From assembly GCA_965287045.1 (NCBI GenBank), contig OZ336888.1, forward strand, positions 30,132,001-30,196,000: DNA of 64,000 nt. Direction: 5' to 3'. This document shows, one piece after another, positions 21,601-35,820 of the stretch. This stretch comes from Carcharhinus amblyrhynchos (lineage: Eukaryota). Numbering within the stretch: position 1 is the first letter of the stretch; every line of letters starts with the position of its first letter. The notes beneath the pieces are model-generated. The model was not told the DNA's origin. It did no database searches and saw only the letters and a program-made list of their open reading frames with translations. Both the position numbers and the translations under genes were made by a program.

Positions 21601-23544
21601 AAAAATAGGCTAACTGTGGTCAGACAACAATCCACTCTGAAGCCAAGGGTTGAATTTTCCCATAGTTTGTCAGTGTCAGGCTCTGCCTGAGAAACCAGCA
21701 TGTACCTCTCCAGATGCATTGCTGAGTTTTCAGACAAGATCTTGACAAAGAAAAATCATGGGGGAATGGTAAACGCTGGCAATCTGGCAGAATTGGGCCT
21801 GATAGATTCGGCAAGGCTGACTGCAGAGATCGGGGCACCATCTTTAAAGGCCACCCCGGCCAAACTACACACACCCCCACCACCCCCCACAACACTGCAA
21901 AGATATTTTCATGGAGCTATTGTGAACCTTACCAAATCTATAGTCTTGAAATTCCAAGAGGGGAGAATCACATGGCAGGAAGGCCCCTCACTAATAGCAA
22001 GTTCATTACATTGTCTGTAACAAGGTTCTCGCCAGCGAGAATTTCATTTCCCGCTCTTTATGAACATGGGCACAAAATTGCCCCCCAAGTGGTAGTTAGA
22101 TGTAATCCAATTGAACTTCTGTGGCTATCTCAACAAAGCCACCCAGTAGATTGTTATCTTGCGAGACAACTGGCTTCATTGGACTCCAGCTTCAGCAGGA
22201 GTGTTTCTAAACTCCATTCTCGAAAAGACACACATTAGAATCTCCATTCAAACAGCGCTTTCTTTCAGCTGTTTTCAGAATCCACCTCCAGGTTTTACAA
22301 CTCCCCTTTCAGTACTCCTTTTTCACAGCCAGGTGCTTTCAAACTTTCACACCAACTCTCAGGGATTCAGCCAACAATTGATTCATAATTACTTAAACCT
22401 TTTACTTCACAGGCTGTAGTAAGATATTACCAACTTTCCGAGGCTTCAGATATTACTGGCCTTTCACTAGCTAACTCCACCAGGTCTGCATCTTTCAGTT
22501 CTGATTTTAATTTCAACAAACAGTACCCTGATCCAATGTTCCTTTTTACTTCAGTCTTCCTGGAAACTTTGTTTCATTCTCAAGTATCTAGAACTCCATT
22601 TGACACATGCAGAACACCGAAAGAGGTCCATGTCAACTCTTTGCTAAAGTGTTATGAATAGAGAGAGGTAAAAAAAATCCTTTCTCCTCACCTCTCAGTT
22701 GAATGCAACAAATGGCAGAATCTTCTTGACCAGTGTGAGGCTAAAAGTCAGTTCACTGATATCAGTATGAAATGTTGGAATTTTGTTCTTTGGGCTTTAA
22801 AGATGGTGGGAGATTCCCGAAGGACAGTGTCTAAATGCATTAGCATGTCATGCACGTCCATTTAAAGGCTATCTTACTGGAATTTTAAGTTCCCCCACCA
22901 AATTAAGGCCAGGATTCTCCCGGCACGCTGTACTGCTTGAGTAGATGATATTTCGGCGGGTTGGTGCAAACTTGATGGTCAAATGGCCTCCTTCTGCATT
23001 GTAGGGATTCTATGGGGGTGTCTGGAGATGGGGGGGGGGGGGGAAGAGTTCAAGGAAGTGGGGGAAGAGATGTTCAGGGGCACTTGAGAAAGAGTTTCTG
23101 GCGGAAGGGAGGAGGAGGGACTGTCCATGGAAAAGGAAGTGGGGAGAGAGTTTCAGGGAAGGTGGAGAGAAAGAGAATGATTTAGAAGTTGTCTGTGCTG
23201 CGACGGTGGGATCCTGAGTTTTGAACTTAGCATACTGATCAGGTGAGGTAACAATGTCAGTTTGGCAGGTCCTTTTTGATAGTCTGGTAGGTGAAGGTTT
23301 CATTTTAGAGGAGAGGTCACAAAGGCAGATTAGACAGATGGCTTGGATAATGGGAGAGATCAGGGTGGGCAGAGATGATAACAGTTGTTGGCTGTAAAGG
23401 GAGGCAACAAATATGGAGCTGGATGGATCGAGGATAACAGGGAGGATCCACAGTGAGGGAGAGGAAAGGAATGGTGACAGGGCAAAGTTGGAAAACGGTG
23501 GACCAAGTTTATATGGTGAGATGGTCTAATTTTCAAATTTTTAT

Positions 23545-23870
23545 ATTTATTCATGGTACATGGGCATCATTGCCTGGCCAGCATTTACTGGCCATCCCCA
23601 GTTATCCTTGAGAAGGTGGTGATGAGCTGCCTTCTTGAAACGCTGCAGTCCACATGCTGTGGATTGACCCACAATGTCATTAGGGAGGAAATTCCAGGAT
23701 TTTGATCCAGCGACTGCAAAGGAATGGCAATATATTTCCAAGTCAGGGTGGTAAGTGGCTTGGAAGGGAACTTGCAGATAGTGATGTTCCCATATATCTG
23801 TTGCCCTTGTCCTTCGAGATGGAAATGATTGTGGGTTTGGAAGGTGCTGTCTAAAGATCTTTGGTGAAAA
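23545..23870 (-). mobile_element. CR1-like LINE 3' end (family of 2975-4690)
   Basis: AGSKSWNFLPN..LQRFKKAAHHHLLK. Confidence 0.8.
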
Positions 23871-24827
23871 TCTGACCCTGACTACGCTGTTGGTCAGCAA
23901 GTGAGATCCCTTGAAAAGGGAAGAGGGTCTTTTCAGGCAGGTGGAGTTCAAGGTCAGCACAAGTGTCCAACTGAAAAGAAACACTAATAATCATGAGACA
24001 ACTGGATGTCAACCATGCCTAATTGTGTTGTCTCAATGATGAAGTCCACACAGCAGCTGGTTTGTTGCCAACGCATGGGTATCATAATATCGACATCCCA
24101 GCAAGGTTTTGAGCAGTTGTTCATGCTGTGCCAATGTGCCATATGCTACACTCAGAAGCAGGAATGAAGGGAAGAAGTGAAGTAGATCCCTCTAAGAATC
24201 TGGCTGGTGGTGGGTAGCCAACTCATGAGTCCAAACCTCATTCCTGCCAGCTGAATGGACATACCTGACAAGGACTTATGTGGTTAAGTCTTTTTATGAT
24301 GCCAAGGCAATGGTCTTGTTTGGAGTCTTGAGGGAAACGGAAGCAAATCAACTTAACATTTACATTTTTATAAGACAATATCTCCAGCAGAGGTAAAAAG
24401 TCAGTTAGAATAATAGTATATGAATGATGTTTCCCTATCTCATCAAATTGGATAATAACTTTGTCAATGAATCAGTAAGGATCTCCCTTTTCGCTTCTCC
24501 TGAGTTAATATTCCAGCTCGCTACAGTTTAAAAATCCAATAGACAGTAATTTCCATTGAAAGGAACCTCAGTGCAAAAATCATCAATTTCTGGAAAGGAT
24601 AGATTATGTTTTTAAAAAGAAATTGTCTCTGACATTTGCAGTTTTACATAGGCCTCAATTCAACACGTGGAATCTAAATGTAAACCTGCAAAAATTTCTG
24701 CTGCAGCCACAGATACCAGCAAAGAACTCATAAACAGACAGCAATGGGACTAGGGATCAAATTTGGAAATATGTGGTAAATCAAAAAGTAAGGCAAAAGA
24801 AAACTATATTCTTGGAACCAAAGAACC

Positions 24828-24985
24828 ATAGAATCCCCACAGTGCAGAAAGAAGCCATTTGGCCTATCGAGTCTGCACTGACTCTTCAAAAGAGCACTGT
24901 ACCCAGTCCTTCCCCTCCATCCTATCCCCATAACCCAATGAATTTACCATAGATAATCCACTTAACCTACACACCTTTGGACTTC
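24828..24985 (-). mobile_element. HE1-type SINE 3' fragment
   Basis: catagaatccccacagtgcagaaagaagccatttggcc. Confidence 0.7.
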
Positions 24986-25879
24986 TTATGGGAAATGAAA
25001 ATCAGACCATGACAGTGAGGAATAGGGCATACAAATATAACAGTACAGCAACAGATGAGATGGACATTATGAAAAGAATAAAAGGATGAAACTATGAATG
25101 CAAGAACTATTTGAAATGCTGCCTTAAACAAAAACAAATGAAATTCAAACATCAAACTAAAACATTATTAAGAGGATCAATAATGCACTTTAGATCCGCA
25201 GTGCCCACTGGGAACGGAAGGCCTCAAAGTTGCCAGTGGACACCATGTGTTCCCTCTCTTTGGACACCCATCCATGAATGTCGCCATGGTAGAGGGACAG
25301 ACAGTAGTGGAAGACCACCTTGGTTGCCAGCTGCCTGGACCTATTGATTACAAACTTAGTCAGGCCCAGGATCAGGTTCATGAGAAGGTCCACCTCCTTG
25401 CCCGCCCAGGTGCCTGTAACTCAGAAGCGTGGGGCTGAAGTGCAAACAAAACTGTAATGAAAGGTATTTTAATAAACTGTAAAGGGGAAGCAGTCTAACA
25501 CAACCTATTCAGGCAAAGTTCATGGACTCCACAAGACTGCAAAAAGGCATGCTTCTTGGAAGTCTGGTAATTACTGCAATCTACGGTTGTGCATGCAATA
25601 CCCAGGTCCCTGATATTAAGAAGGACTTGTTTACTGAGATACCTCCGTCACTAGATGTCAACAAGGCATGCTAAGGTGTGTCCAGACAATGGGTGAGGGC
25701 AAGGAAGTATAGGTCTGTGGTTTACCAATTCAGTGATCTATATCTCTAGGCCACAGGAGGAAGCCAAATTTTTTCCCATGCCTGGCACAGAAGGATTTAC
25801 CATCCACTACGGTGGGGTTCAAGCCTGGAACCCCAGAGCATTATCCTAGGTTTGTAGATTACCAGTTCAGAAGCCTATA

Positions 25880-26720
25880 CCATTCTTCTTCTTCATCAAT
25901 CACCTGCTAATGTGTATGATTGTTCACTTGAGAAACTCTGCATTACTGGTCATGGGTTATGTTGGTCCTTGCTTGGCTGATGAGCCTAATCCTAGAGAAA
26001 CATCTTTGACCGCACATTTGGCAGATGTTTCCAGAAGGTGGGTTTGGTCCTTGGACTCTGTGTCACTGGTAATCCTTTTTCAGGCTGCTTTCCTGGGCCT
26101 CCTATTGCCATTGCGTATCCTCGAAGAACTGTGTCCCTTCAATCAAGAGGTTCCTCCAAGTAGGTCTCTGCTGAGCAAGGCTCTCCCACGTATTGATGTC
26201 TGTGTTAGATTTCTTGAGGTACGTCTTCACGGTATCTTTGAAGGACTTCCTTTGTCCTCCTCTTGTCCAGGTACCTTCTGTGAGCAGAGAGAAGATTTGC
26301 TTTAGCAGTCAAACATCCTAACATGACCAGCCCAATAGCATTGGTTTCGGATGATCATGGACTCAATGCTGGTATTCTTATCTCCTTCAAGGATGCTGGT
26401 GTTGGTTCCCCTGGCCTCCCAGCTGAAGCAAATAATCTAATTCAGAGAGTGTTGATGGTATCTTTCCAGGGCCTTGAGATGGCACCTATATGTGGATCAA
26501 ATTTCTGAGCTGTATAGAAGATTTGGGTAGATGATTGCTTTGTATACGAGGATCTTGGTGTCAGCGTGAATGTCCTGGTTGTCAAAGACTCTTGTCCTAA
26601 GGTGTCCAAAGAAGGCGCTCATGGATTGGATACAATGCTGGATCTCCCCATCGATGTCAGCCTCAGATGAGAGGTGGCTCCCAAGATGGGAATATTCCAC
26701 ATTTGCGAGGGTTATTCCAT
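25880..26720 (-). mobile_element. Older RTE-clade LINE 3' fragment
   Basis: LGSHLSSEADIDGEIQHCIQ..FGHLRTRVF..TKILVYKAII..LLY. Confidence 0.75.
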
Positions 26721-27127
26721 TGATCTCACTAGCGCTGCCACTGCTTCCCATGCAGGGTTGGTGAGCTTGCTGGCAGGTCAGCCATGATCTTACTGAAGGC
26801 AAAGCAGACTCAAGGGGCCTGATGACCTACTCCTACACCTAGTTCTTATGTTCTTTTGAAATGGAAGAGGCAAATGATTAAATCGTCCCAATTTTAGCAA
26901 CATGCAAGATTTCAAGTCTAAAAATCACTGACATGAAATTGACAAACTCTAAGGAATTAGGTGTTGTAGTTATTTTAACGCATCCCTGGACGAGGTCCTC
27001 AGTGTTATGACTCCAGCTGGGGTACCCCCAAATTGTTATGCTCCTGGACAAGAAAGAATAAACTGTCTCCCTGCCTTTATTCAAACTCTTCGGTTGGTAA
27101 CAACAAGGTTAGTTTTTAAGAAAAGAT

Positions 27128-27432
27128 TTAGAATCATAGAACCCCTACAATGCAGAAGGAGGCTATTCAACCCAAATGAGTCTGCACTGACAACAATCCC
27201 ATTCAGGCCCTATCCCCATATCCCACATGTTTATCCTGACACTAAGGAGCAATTTAGCATGGTCAATCAACCTAACCCACACACTTTTGGTTGTGGGAGG
27301 AAACTAAAGCAGCCAGAGGAAACCCACACAGATACGGAGAGAATGTGCAAACTCCACAGTCACCGAGGGCCAGAATTGAACTCGTGTCCCTGCAGTTGTG
27401 AGGCAGCTGTGCTAACCACTGTCCTGCCTTCT
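27128..27432 (-). mobile_element. HE1-type SINE
   Basis: Reverse head gtgctaaccactgt, tail tagaatcatagaacccctaca. Confidence 0.85.
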
Positions 27433-28129
27433 CTTGAAGATATATTTTTCAAGTTGGAATGTATTTATGTTTAAAAACCAGTCAATTTAACCAGGCTTTC
27501 TTGAGTTGAAGAAAGAATGGGTTATTTGTTACTAAAATGAGAGGAAAAAACAAACATAACATACATACACAGAGGTTAGAAATGAATCCAAAGGTACAAA
27601 TTTAAAAAATTAACAAATCTGTCTTTGACTTGTCGGTGAGCAACACTACAGCCATTAAATTGAATGATTCCAGTAGCATTGACTTTGGCAGTTGAACGTT
27701 AATTAGGATATTTCTGATTTTGTTTTTTAGCTGCAAGATATGTCCTGTTTCCTTTTTGACTGTGGCTTTGCTAATTTGCTTCCAGCAATCAGAGACAGAG
27801 AGAGTTAGCAAGACTTCTCACCTGCAAGAGTAGGGGTGTTTAGGTGTTCTCTAGCTGTGACCCTCACAGCACACACTAGCACAGTGGAACTGGAACACCA
27901 TACAGCAGGCAGAAAATAGAGTTGCAGTTGTTTTTTCTTGTGCATTCCTAGAAAAGGAAAAACACAAATGTGTGGGATATAACCCACAGGAGATTGTTCC
28001 TGCTGAGATGGTAATCAGCTTCCATTATCTGCACAGTTTAGTTTGCATTGAACTTTTCCTTTGAAATGCCTATCTGAAAAAGGGTGCAACATTTTGTCAT
28101 TTCTCTTGGGACTGACTATAAGCCACATA

Positions 28130-28980
28130 GGAATTCTAGCAAGTGGTTGCTTTTACAGTTACTACTCGGTGGTTAAAGCAATTCTCAGCCTTTTTTGCAA
28201 AGGTTGGCTCACAGTATTTATTTCAGCCAGATGGTTCAGCAAGGAAGCCATGCCAGCCAGATTCATGACAGTAAATGAAGAGATTAAAAACTTTATATCT
28301 GACAAAGGAAAATGCACGAGTTTCATGAGTGATTATGAATAGCATAATGATTTAACATTCATTAGCTGGCATCACTAAGCTTTTTGCAAACTTGAATGAG
28401 AAACTGAAAGGAAAGAATTAGCTTGCCAACAGACTGTATGAGCATGTCCATGTGCTCATTCAGAAGTTAGAATTGCTTCAGAAACAATTGGCCTTGAAGA
28501 AAGTTGTCTTCATCAAGGCTTGCTGAGGCAGTGGGCCATGAAAAATATGCTGCACTGATTGTTGGCTTGAGAGATGAATTCATGCACATCTTTGTATATT
28601 TCAGAGAGTTCTGTGATGAGATGAAACTCATTTGGAACTGATGCTCCTTAAGTTTTCCAGATGGAGCTAATTAAGATGCAGAATGATAGTGTCCTGAAGA
28701 GAGCTTTTGCAAAAATAACCCTCTGGCATTTTACAGACATTATGTTCCCTCAGATTCATAACCAAGCCTGTTAAGACATGCCCATTGTTTCACTGCACTG
28801 TTTGGCAGCACATCTTGCTGCAGGCAGCTTTTTTCACAAATGAAAGCATTAAGTCAAAATCAAGATCACTGTTGACAGGCAAGCATTTATCTGAAATACT
28901 CCATATTAGCACCTCAAATGTGCAGGCAGACATTGACTCCTTGTGCAAATAAAAGCAATGCATGATGTTTCACTGACCCC
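28130..28980 (+). pseudogene. Decayed hAT (Charlie/GTF2IRD2-like) transposase C-terminal half
   Basis: RWFSK (RWLS-like), LAGITK..ANLNEKLKGK, FQMELIKMQ, LFGSTSCCRQLFSQMK..KSKSRSLLT.KHL dimerisation motif, with stops and frameshifts. Confidence 0.8.
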
Positions 28981-29774
28981 ATGTTCACTGTGCTGTGGAG
29001 AAGGTGAGCTCATGTAGACCTCTCTCATAAAGATGCAAATTTCTGTTGCTTGAGATAAATTTCTAATCTGATTGTTTCACTTTTCTCCCAGAACTTCAAC
29101 ATGGGGAGACACAGTGGGCAAAAAAAGAATGGAAATGTGATCCCTCAAATAAAAAATACCATCAAGATCATTACTGACAGATGGGCATCAGATCTGCAAT
29201 ATGCCATGGCGCTATATCAAGTACACAGGCAGGCACTGGCTTCTTATAACAGGCAAAAACAAGGATAAACGTTTGACTGAATGAGAAGGAAAATGATAAG
29301 TTAGTTTTCTCACCTGAAGCCTACTTGTAAAGGTGCAGGTTTTTATGTGGACACATGGGAGGATACATTTCCACTTATTTGATTCGGTTCCCTTTTCTTC
29401 CCAAAACACACATGCACATGTTTTTAGGTAAGTTAAGATTCAACAAGAAAAGGCAAATAGAATTGGAACATGCGTTCTAAAGATATTTTAACACCTGATT
29501 TGTGGTAGCTTTTGGCATAATTAAAAACATCTCCTTACTTGTTAAAACTCCAGAAAGCCCATCTGAGTTCTTTGCAATCAGCATGTAAATACTTAAATAC
29601 ATACTCTGAATTAGCAAGTCATCCTCAATGAATGGTGGTGAATGGGGTGCCAATCAAGTGGGCTGTTTTGATCTGGATGAATGACCTATAGAGTATTCTC
29701 GGCACTGCACTCATCCAGGCGATAGTGGAGATAGTGGACAGGCTTGGGGAGTCAGGAGTTGAGTTACTCTGTAG

Positions 29775-30325
29775 AGGGATCTGGGAATACAGGTTCACAG
29801 ATCCTTGCAAGTGGCAACATAGGTGGATAAAATTGTCAAGAAGGCATACAGGGGCATCGAGTATAAAAGTTGGCAAGTTATGTTACAGCTGTATAAAACT
29901 TTAGTTACACCACAATTGGAATTTTGCGCGCAGTTCTGGTTTCCATACCTCCAGACGGACATGGATGCTTTGGAGTGGGTGCAGAGAGGTTTACCAGGAT
30001 GTTGCCCAGTCGGAGGGGTTTTAGGTATGAGGAGAGGTTGGATAAACTTGGATTGTTTTCACTGGAAAAACGGAGGCTGAGGGGCGACCTGATAGAAGTC
30101 TACAAAATTATGAGAGGCATAGATAGGGTGGATAGTCAGAAGCTTTTTCCCAGGGTGGAAGAATCTATTACAAGAGGGCACAGGTTTAAGGTGAGAGCTG
30201 ATAAGTTTAGGGAAGACATGCAGGGAAAGCTTTTCACACAGAGGGTGGTGGGTGCTTGGAATTCACTGCCAGTGGAGATGGTGGAAGCAAGCACATCAGC
30301 AACGTTCAAGATGTATCTTGACAGT
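29775..30325 (+). mobile_element. CR1 ORF2 3' fragment
   Basis: LQLYKTLV.PQLEFCAQFW; YEERLDKLGLFSLEKRRLRGDLIEVYKIM. Confidence 0.88.
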
Positions 30326-30619
30326 TACACATACAAAATTAGTTCTCCTCTTCCTACAATCTTTCCTCATACCCAGGCTGATCCACTGTCAAAGTTTCCA
30401 GCCATGACTTAACTGTCGACCTCAAACACTCTGGATGTGACCTTACAAAAAAAATTCAAAGTGCTTAATGACCAAAAAAATGAAAGTGAATAGCGTTGGT
30501 TTTTCAGCAAGCTATAAGCCACAATCTTATGGCACTTAGTGCAATAAAAGGGCCTCAATGCAATTCTCACCACCATTAACCCTCTGGGCACATAACTTAC
30601 CCAAAGTGGCTGCATTTGT

Positions 30620-31800
30620 ACTCAGTTAACAACAGAGGACTGAATATAAGCACTACTGATAGGCACACAAGCTGTCATAACAGTAAGATGGCACCTAGAC
30701 AAACAGCATTCCACCCCTCTGCTGCTCCCATTGAGACATCCCACGGTAACTCAAGGGAAACCTCCGAGGCCAGCACCAGTCAATCAACACAGGTTTCCAC
30801 CATGCAATCCACCAGTGCAGACACTATCACTACAGTGGGACAAGTTAGTGGTGAGGCTTCTGGATCATTCTCTGGTGCGCATGGTCGTTGATGTACATTG
30901 GGTGGAGGCAGAAATGTTTAAGGCCTCGGGTGCACAGAGGCCTGCTGGAGGCAAGGAATCAGTTGCCTTCAAGTCAGGCGCCGGGCCACAGCAATTAGCT
31001 CTCCCTAAGCTGCTGGAGATGCAGCAGCAGAGCTGGGGAGCGCAGGAGGAGCTGTCAGCAACACTGCAGAAGCTGCAAGGGTGGGAGCAATACCACAGAC
31101 CACAGGTGCAGGAAATATTGCTGGCAATGCATGGTAGCCAGGCCAATACTGCAAGGGTGACATTGAAGTGCCTGGGTCAGGAAATGGTCACCATGGGTTG
31201 CAAAGTCCAACGAATTTCTGAGTCACAGAGGGCCATTCCCAAATCACAGTGGGTATAGCTTAGGGCCTCAGAAGCACGCTTCAGATCTAGTGGGTCATGG
31301 CTGTGGTCTTTAAGGGCATGCCCAGTTTCAGGGTGTGCACTTGCTGCAGGCATGGATAGCTTGGCCCAGACTCAGAGGACCATCATCAAGGGCTTACAAC
31401 TATGGGCGAACACATTTGGGCCTCCAGGATTGGCAGGGCCAGGGGGTGCTCGGACTTCTGGAGCTAAGTCCAATTGCTCTGCCATCCCATGGAATGACCC
31501 AGAGGAACACTGGCACGCCAAAGGAGGGAGCACTGGAGCCCATGCTGGGGCCTTCCACCCAGTTGACTCTGGCCAACACTAGGCCTTCCAAATCTGACCT
31601 TCCTGACAACTGTGCCTCTCATGAGCAGCAGGATGAACAGGGTGGCATGGACACGTCAGTGACATCAATAAGTCGGAAGGGGCCCTGCAGGTCCTGACCC
31701 TCCAAAAAATTACCCGCCAAGAACATCACAATGGAACGCTGTACACTGCTGACCTCTGATGTACATCCTGGGGAACATCTTGACGTAACAGTAGTTCACA
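30620..31800 (+). mobile_element. Probable Harbinger ORF1 low-complexity C-terminal remnant
   Basis: Frameshifted S/T/P-rich and coiled-coil-like ORFs, no splice-consistent exon structure; assignment is by resemblance only. Confidence 0.35.
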
Positions 31801-32399
31801 TATGATTAAGAAGCTGTAGGATCACCAAAAAGGCACAGTTGAAGGATTGCACTAGTTAGGGTTAGGGAAGTAGCACTGTTTAGAATTAAGCACATCTGCT
31901 TTATTGCGCTGTTAAATATCACCACCTAATGCTTTTGTTCTGTTAGTTTCACCAATAAATGCCATTGCATCCCACAGCTCTGACTAATCTGTTTGTGATT
32001 CGCCTCCCACAAGGGTGACCATGCCCCTACCATACCCAAAGAGGCTCAGAGTGTTGTTCTGCAAGGGAGAGGCCCTTCGGCCCATCGCGTATGTGATCCC
32101 CATTTCCCAATCCCTGTGCCAGAGCCCTGACTGGTGTGGAACTCCAAGTGCTCATTCCAAGCTGTCCCAGCAGTGGATGTCCTATAGGCCCAGTGTGGCA
32201 CCCCAGCACCCACCAGACCTGGGAATGCCCCCTACTCCCTCCAAACTGGGCACCATCCCCACACACCCAGGGCATTGAATCCTCAACCCTCATTCAGGCG
32301 CCAGTGTGCGGTCATAGAACAGGTAGGAGTGAGACTTGTGTGGCTGCATCACAGTCGCATACTGAGTCATCATCACCCTCTTGCCTGGACCAGTAATTC

Positions 32400-33780
32400 A
32401 ATAACAAGGCCAACCGATGCCCTGTAGTGATGTCAATGGGACTTATGGTGGGAGGCATAGACAGGAGTTGAACCTCAGGGATGCCATGGACAGAAAAGAT
32501 CTGCTGCAACCTGTCGATGGTGGCTTGATAGACTCAATTATCCAGAAATCTAGCCATTTTGAATTTCCATCAACCACACATGCTCCATGAAGAGTCCAGT
32601 AAAATCTATGTGCTAATGCAATCATGGCCGCCTGGCCACTCCCACAGATGCATATTTGCTGATGGCAGTAATGATTGCTGAGTCTGATAATTCTTGCACT
32701 GGCTGATCATTTTTAAAATCTCCTTGCCTACATCAGGCAATCAGGCATTGTTTTGGGCCAGTTCCTTCATCCTGCTCTGTCCAAGGTATACTTCATGCAG
32801 CTCCTGTAGTAAAGGCTGTTGTTACCCCTGGGGTGGCACTATAACACAAACAGCAATCTGCAGCAGCACTGGCTTACCTGCTCGGAATAACCCCAACAGT
32901 AGCTTGTGATCTAGTACAATGGTCTAGTAGAAGGGTCTACCATATATATATTGGTGAAGCTTCTTCACAGCATAGATAACTGCATGGCTCTCTAGCAATT
33001 TGAAAATATTTCTGTTCAGCATTGGATAAGGTTCTTGATTCAAACACAGAGGCCTTTCTATTCCATCTGACATCTAGTGGGAAAGGACTGCTCCCACTCA
33101 ATGTGGCGATGTGTCAGAGTTAACTACCAATAATTTGGTTGGATCAAAATGTATGCGTAGTGTTAATTAAAGTATGTCTTGCTTTACTTTAGCAAATGCC
33201 TCATTTTGAGCGTGTCCCCATTTCCATCACTGACGCCTCTTCAGAAACTGGTGTAATGGGGCCAGAGTCATGGACACATTTTTGCAGGAATCACTCAATA
33301 ATTACTATCTCTAAGAAAGACCTCAACTCTTTCACTTTCCTAGGCCGTAGTACTTCTTTCATCTTGTCCTCGAGGGGATGCAACCCCTTGGCATCTACCT
33401 TGAAACTCAGGTATGTAACCTCATCCGCTTGAAAGTGCATTTCACATGTTTTAAGCAGACGTCCACTTCTTTAAACCTTTTTAGGACCTTTTCTAGGTTT
33501 GCCACGTTCTTCTTGAGGGATACACTTGTGATTAGGATTCATCCAAGCATACCACCACTTTGAGGATTCCTTGTAATAGGCTTTTCATGATGCATTTAAA
33601 GATTGTACAGGCTGATGAGGCACCAAATGATAATCGAGTGTACTAACATAACCTTTTGTGGGTATTAATGATGACCAGTCTTCATCCAGCTCAAGCTGTT
33701 AATATGCCTAACTCAAATCTAACTAGTTGTACTTAAGGCCTGTGCTAGTTGGAGGAACTGAATCCGGCACTGAAACCCAT
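32400..33780 (-). mobile_element. Decayed Gypsy pol (RT-RNaseH-integrase)
   Basis: VVDGNSKWLD and IFSVHGIPEV (integrase), HFDPNKLLVVNSD (RNaseH), YL.FKVDAKGLHP (RT). Confidence 0.75.
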
Positions 33781-33899
33781 GAGGGGCAGGAAACATCGGG
33801 TTTCCTTGCATTTAATGGGTAATGACCTCATTGAGGCCCATGAGATGGCCTCTTGGAGTATGTGCTCCCTGATGGGGGAAATGATGCAATCAGTCCTAA

Positions 33900-34315
33900 G
33901 CTCCTGATCTATGGACACCTGATGTAGAGGGGGCAGAGAAGGAAGAAGAGGACCTCATGAACGTGCTCCTGGGCCTGGCAAGGTGTATCATCTACAGGGC
34001 CAGGCAGCAGGCGATTGAGGGGGTCTTTCAACCTGACTGTCCGACCCTCTACCTCATCTATATTGGCAGCTGGGTGTCCCTGGAGAGGGAGCACGCAGTG
34101 TCTGAGGGCACAGTTGATGACTTCTGTGCCCGCTGGGCACCACAGGGACTGGGGTGTATTACTGAGCCCTTTAATCACATTTTAATTTAATGTTTTAAGT
34201 TTCTTTTCCGCTTTGTCTTTGGTTTCAGGCGGTTCGCCTCCCTTTAGGGAGCTGTCCCTTTTGAGTTGTCCCTAAGTTAAGTTGATTTTGTTTATCTGGT
34301 TGGACACAAAAAAAA
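33900..34315 (+). mobile_element. Tx1/L1-like LINE 3' end
   Basis: LLGLARCIIYRARQ..LEREHAVSEGTVDDFCARWAPQG then T-rich UTR and A tail. Confidence 0.7.
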
Positions 34316-34546
34316 TGTCCCCGATTGAGGTAATGATTGCTTGTCCAATCAGGGATTCTCACCTTTGTATATAATGAAGAGTGTCAGGTGTGCTGGCACT
34401 TTGGATCCTGAAACACTCATAGGAATGGAAATAAATTTGTAAGTAAAGGGAATCTCATCAAGAGACATTGGCCTCTGAGGGGTTATTTCAGTATCACCTT
34501 TTGCTTTTGTGCCATAATGATTTGGTACCATGAAGAAATAAGCTTT

Positions 34547-34805
34547 TAAGTTTATTTACTAGTGTTATAAGTCAGCTTACATTATCACTGCAATAAAATT
34601 ACTGTGAAAATCCCCTAGTTGCCATATTCTGGCACCTGTTCAGGTACACTGAGGGAGAATTTAATGACCAATGCACCTAACCAGCACCTCTTTTGGTCTG
34701 TGGGAGGAAACCCACACAGACAAGGGGAGAACGTGCAGGCTCTGCACAGACAGTGACCCAAACCGGGTCCCTGATGCTGTGGTTAGCACTGTTGCTCAAT
34801 GTGCC
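34547..34805 (-). mobile_element. HE1-related SINE variant
   Basis: aagtttatttactagtgt..aaaatcccctagttgcca; mirrors 21266-21600. Confidence 0.8.
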
Positions 34806-35710
34806 ACTATCTAACCCTTCAATATATTGCCCCAGCTGTTAACTCTGGGTCAAAGAGCTCTAGCTCCCCAATCAGAGGCATAGTTAGGACATTTATACTC
34901 TTATTCTTCTTGGTTTCTGCAAACACTTTCTCCCTTTCTAATGACCCACTACGATCTCCCAATGATTGCCATAGTTTGTCCTCCATCAAGAGGTGACTCA
35001 ATGTGGCTTTAATAATAAAACAGGTTTATTAAACAAAGATAATTATTTACACTCTCTGACAGAAACATCACTCAGATCTGCTGTCTTTTCCTCCCTGGAT
35101 ATAGCTGAACTCCTCCTAATCGCTAGGACACATGCCCTCACTTCCAATTGGCCTAGTTTCCTGTACTTCCATTCCATGGGGGGGTCCAGCCTATCATACA
35201 GCCTGCAAACGATTGCCACTTAAAGGGGCCATGTTCCCACAGTAATTAATATTGTGCAATCATCAGTCATCAATCAAACCATCACCATTTCTGATCTTAT
35301 GATGAAGCAGCTGAAGATGTTTGGGCCTAGAACACCATCTGGGACCTTAACACCATATGTAATAAGACCAAGGCTTTTTTCACATACTCAGGCTTGGACC
35401 CTCAACATCTGTTTCCTTGCCTATAATAATGTGATGGAACGGGAACTTCAAGTTCAAAATGAACATTTATTTCCTTACCTGTTGTGTTGGAGCATTAGGA
35501 GTCCATTTAGCACTTGACAAACAAGCATTGCACAGTCAAATTTCTAGGTTGTGTTGTTCACTGTGTGGTTTACAAATTGCTCTGCTTATGTTAATTAATG
35601 CCCATGTTTAGATAACGTAAACAATAATTTTAATCAGTTAAGACTTGTAGATATTGTGGATACAGATTTGCATATAATATAAATATATGCAATAATTAGG
35701 GATTAATTAC

Positions 35711-35820
35711 CTCAAAGTACTCTCGGGTACTTCTAGTATCTCTTGCCAAAGTACTCCACTCTTTTAAAATGATCTTGCACAAAAGCTGGTCACTGACATG
35801 CTGTAAATGTTTCACTGCCA
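35711..35820 (-). CDS. FBXL13: FBXL13 coding exon (AVKHLQHVSDQLLCKIILKEWSTLARDTRSTREYFE)
   Basis: ttgttctag / gtaatt, 110 nt, phase 1 start completes a TTG codon with the previous exon. Confidence 0.88.

Noticed and set aside
23015-23520. Purine-rich tract as a regulatory element
   Set aside because: More simply explained as a decayed minus-strand LINE (L2-like) fragment; too degenerate to call
31855-31867. TTAGGG telomeric repeat
   Set aside because: Only two units, expected by chance
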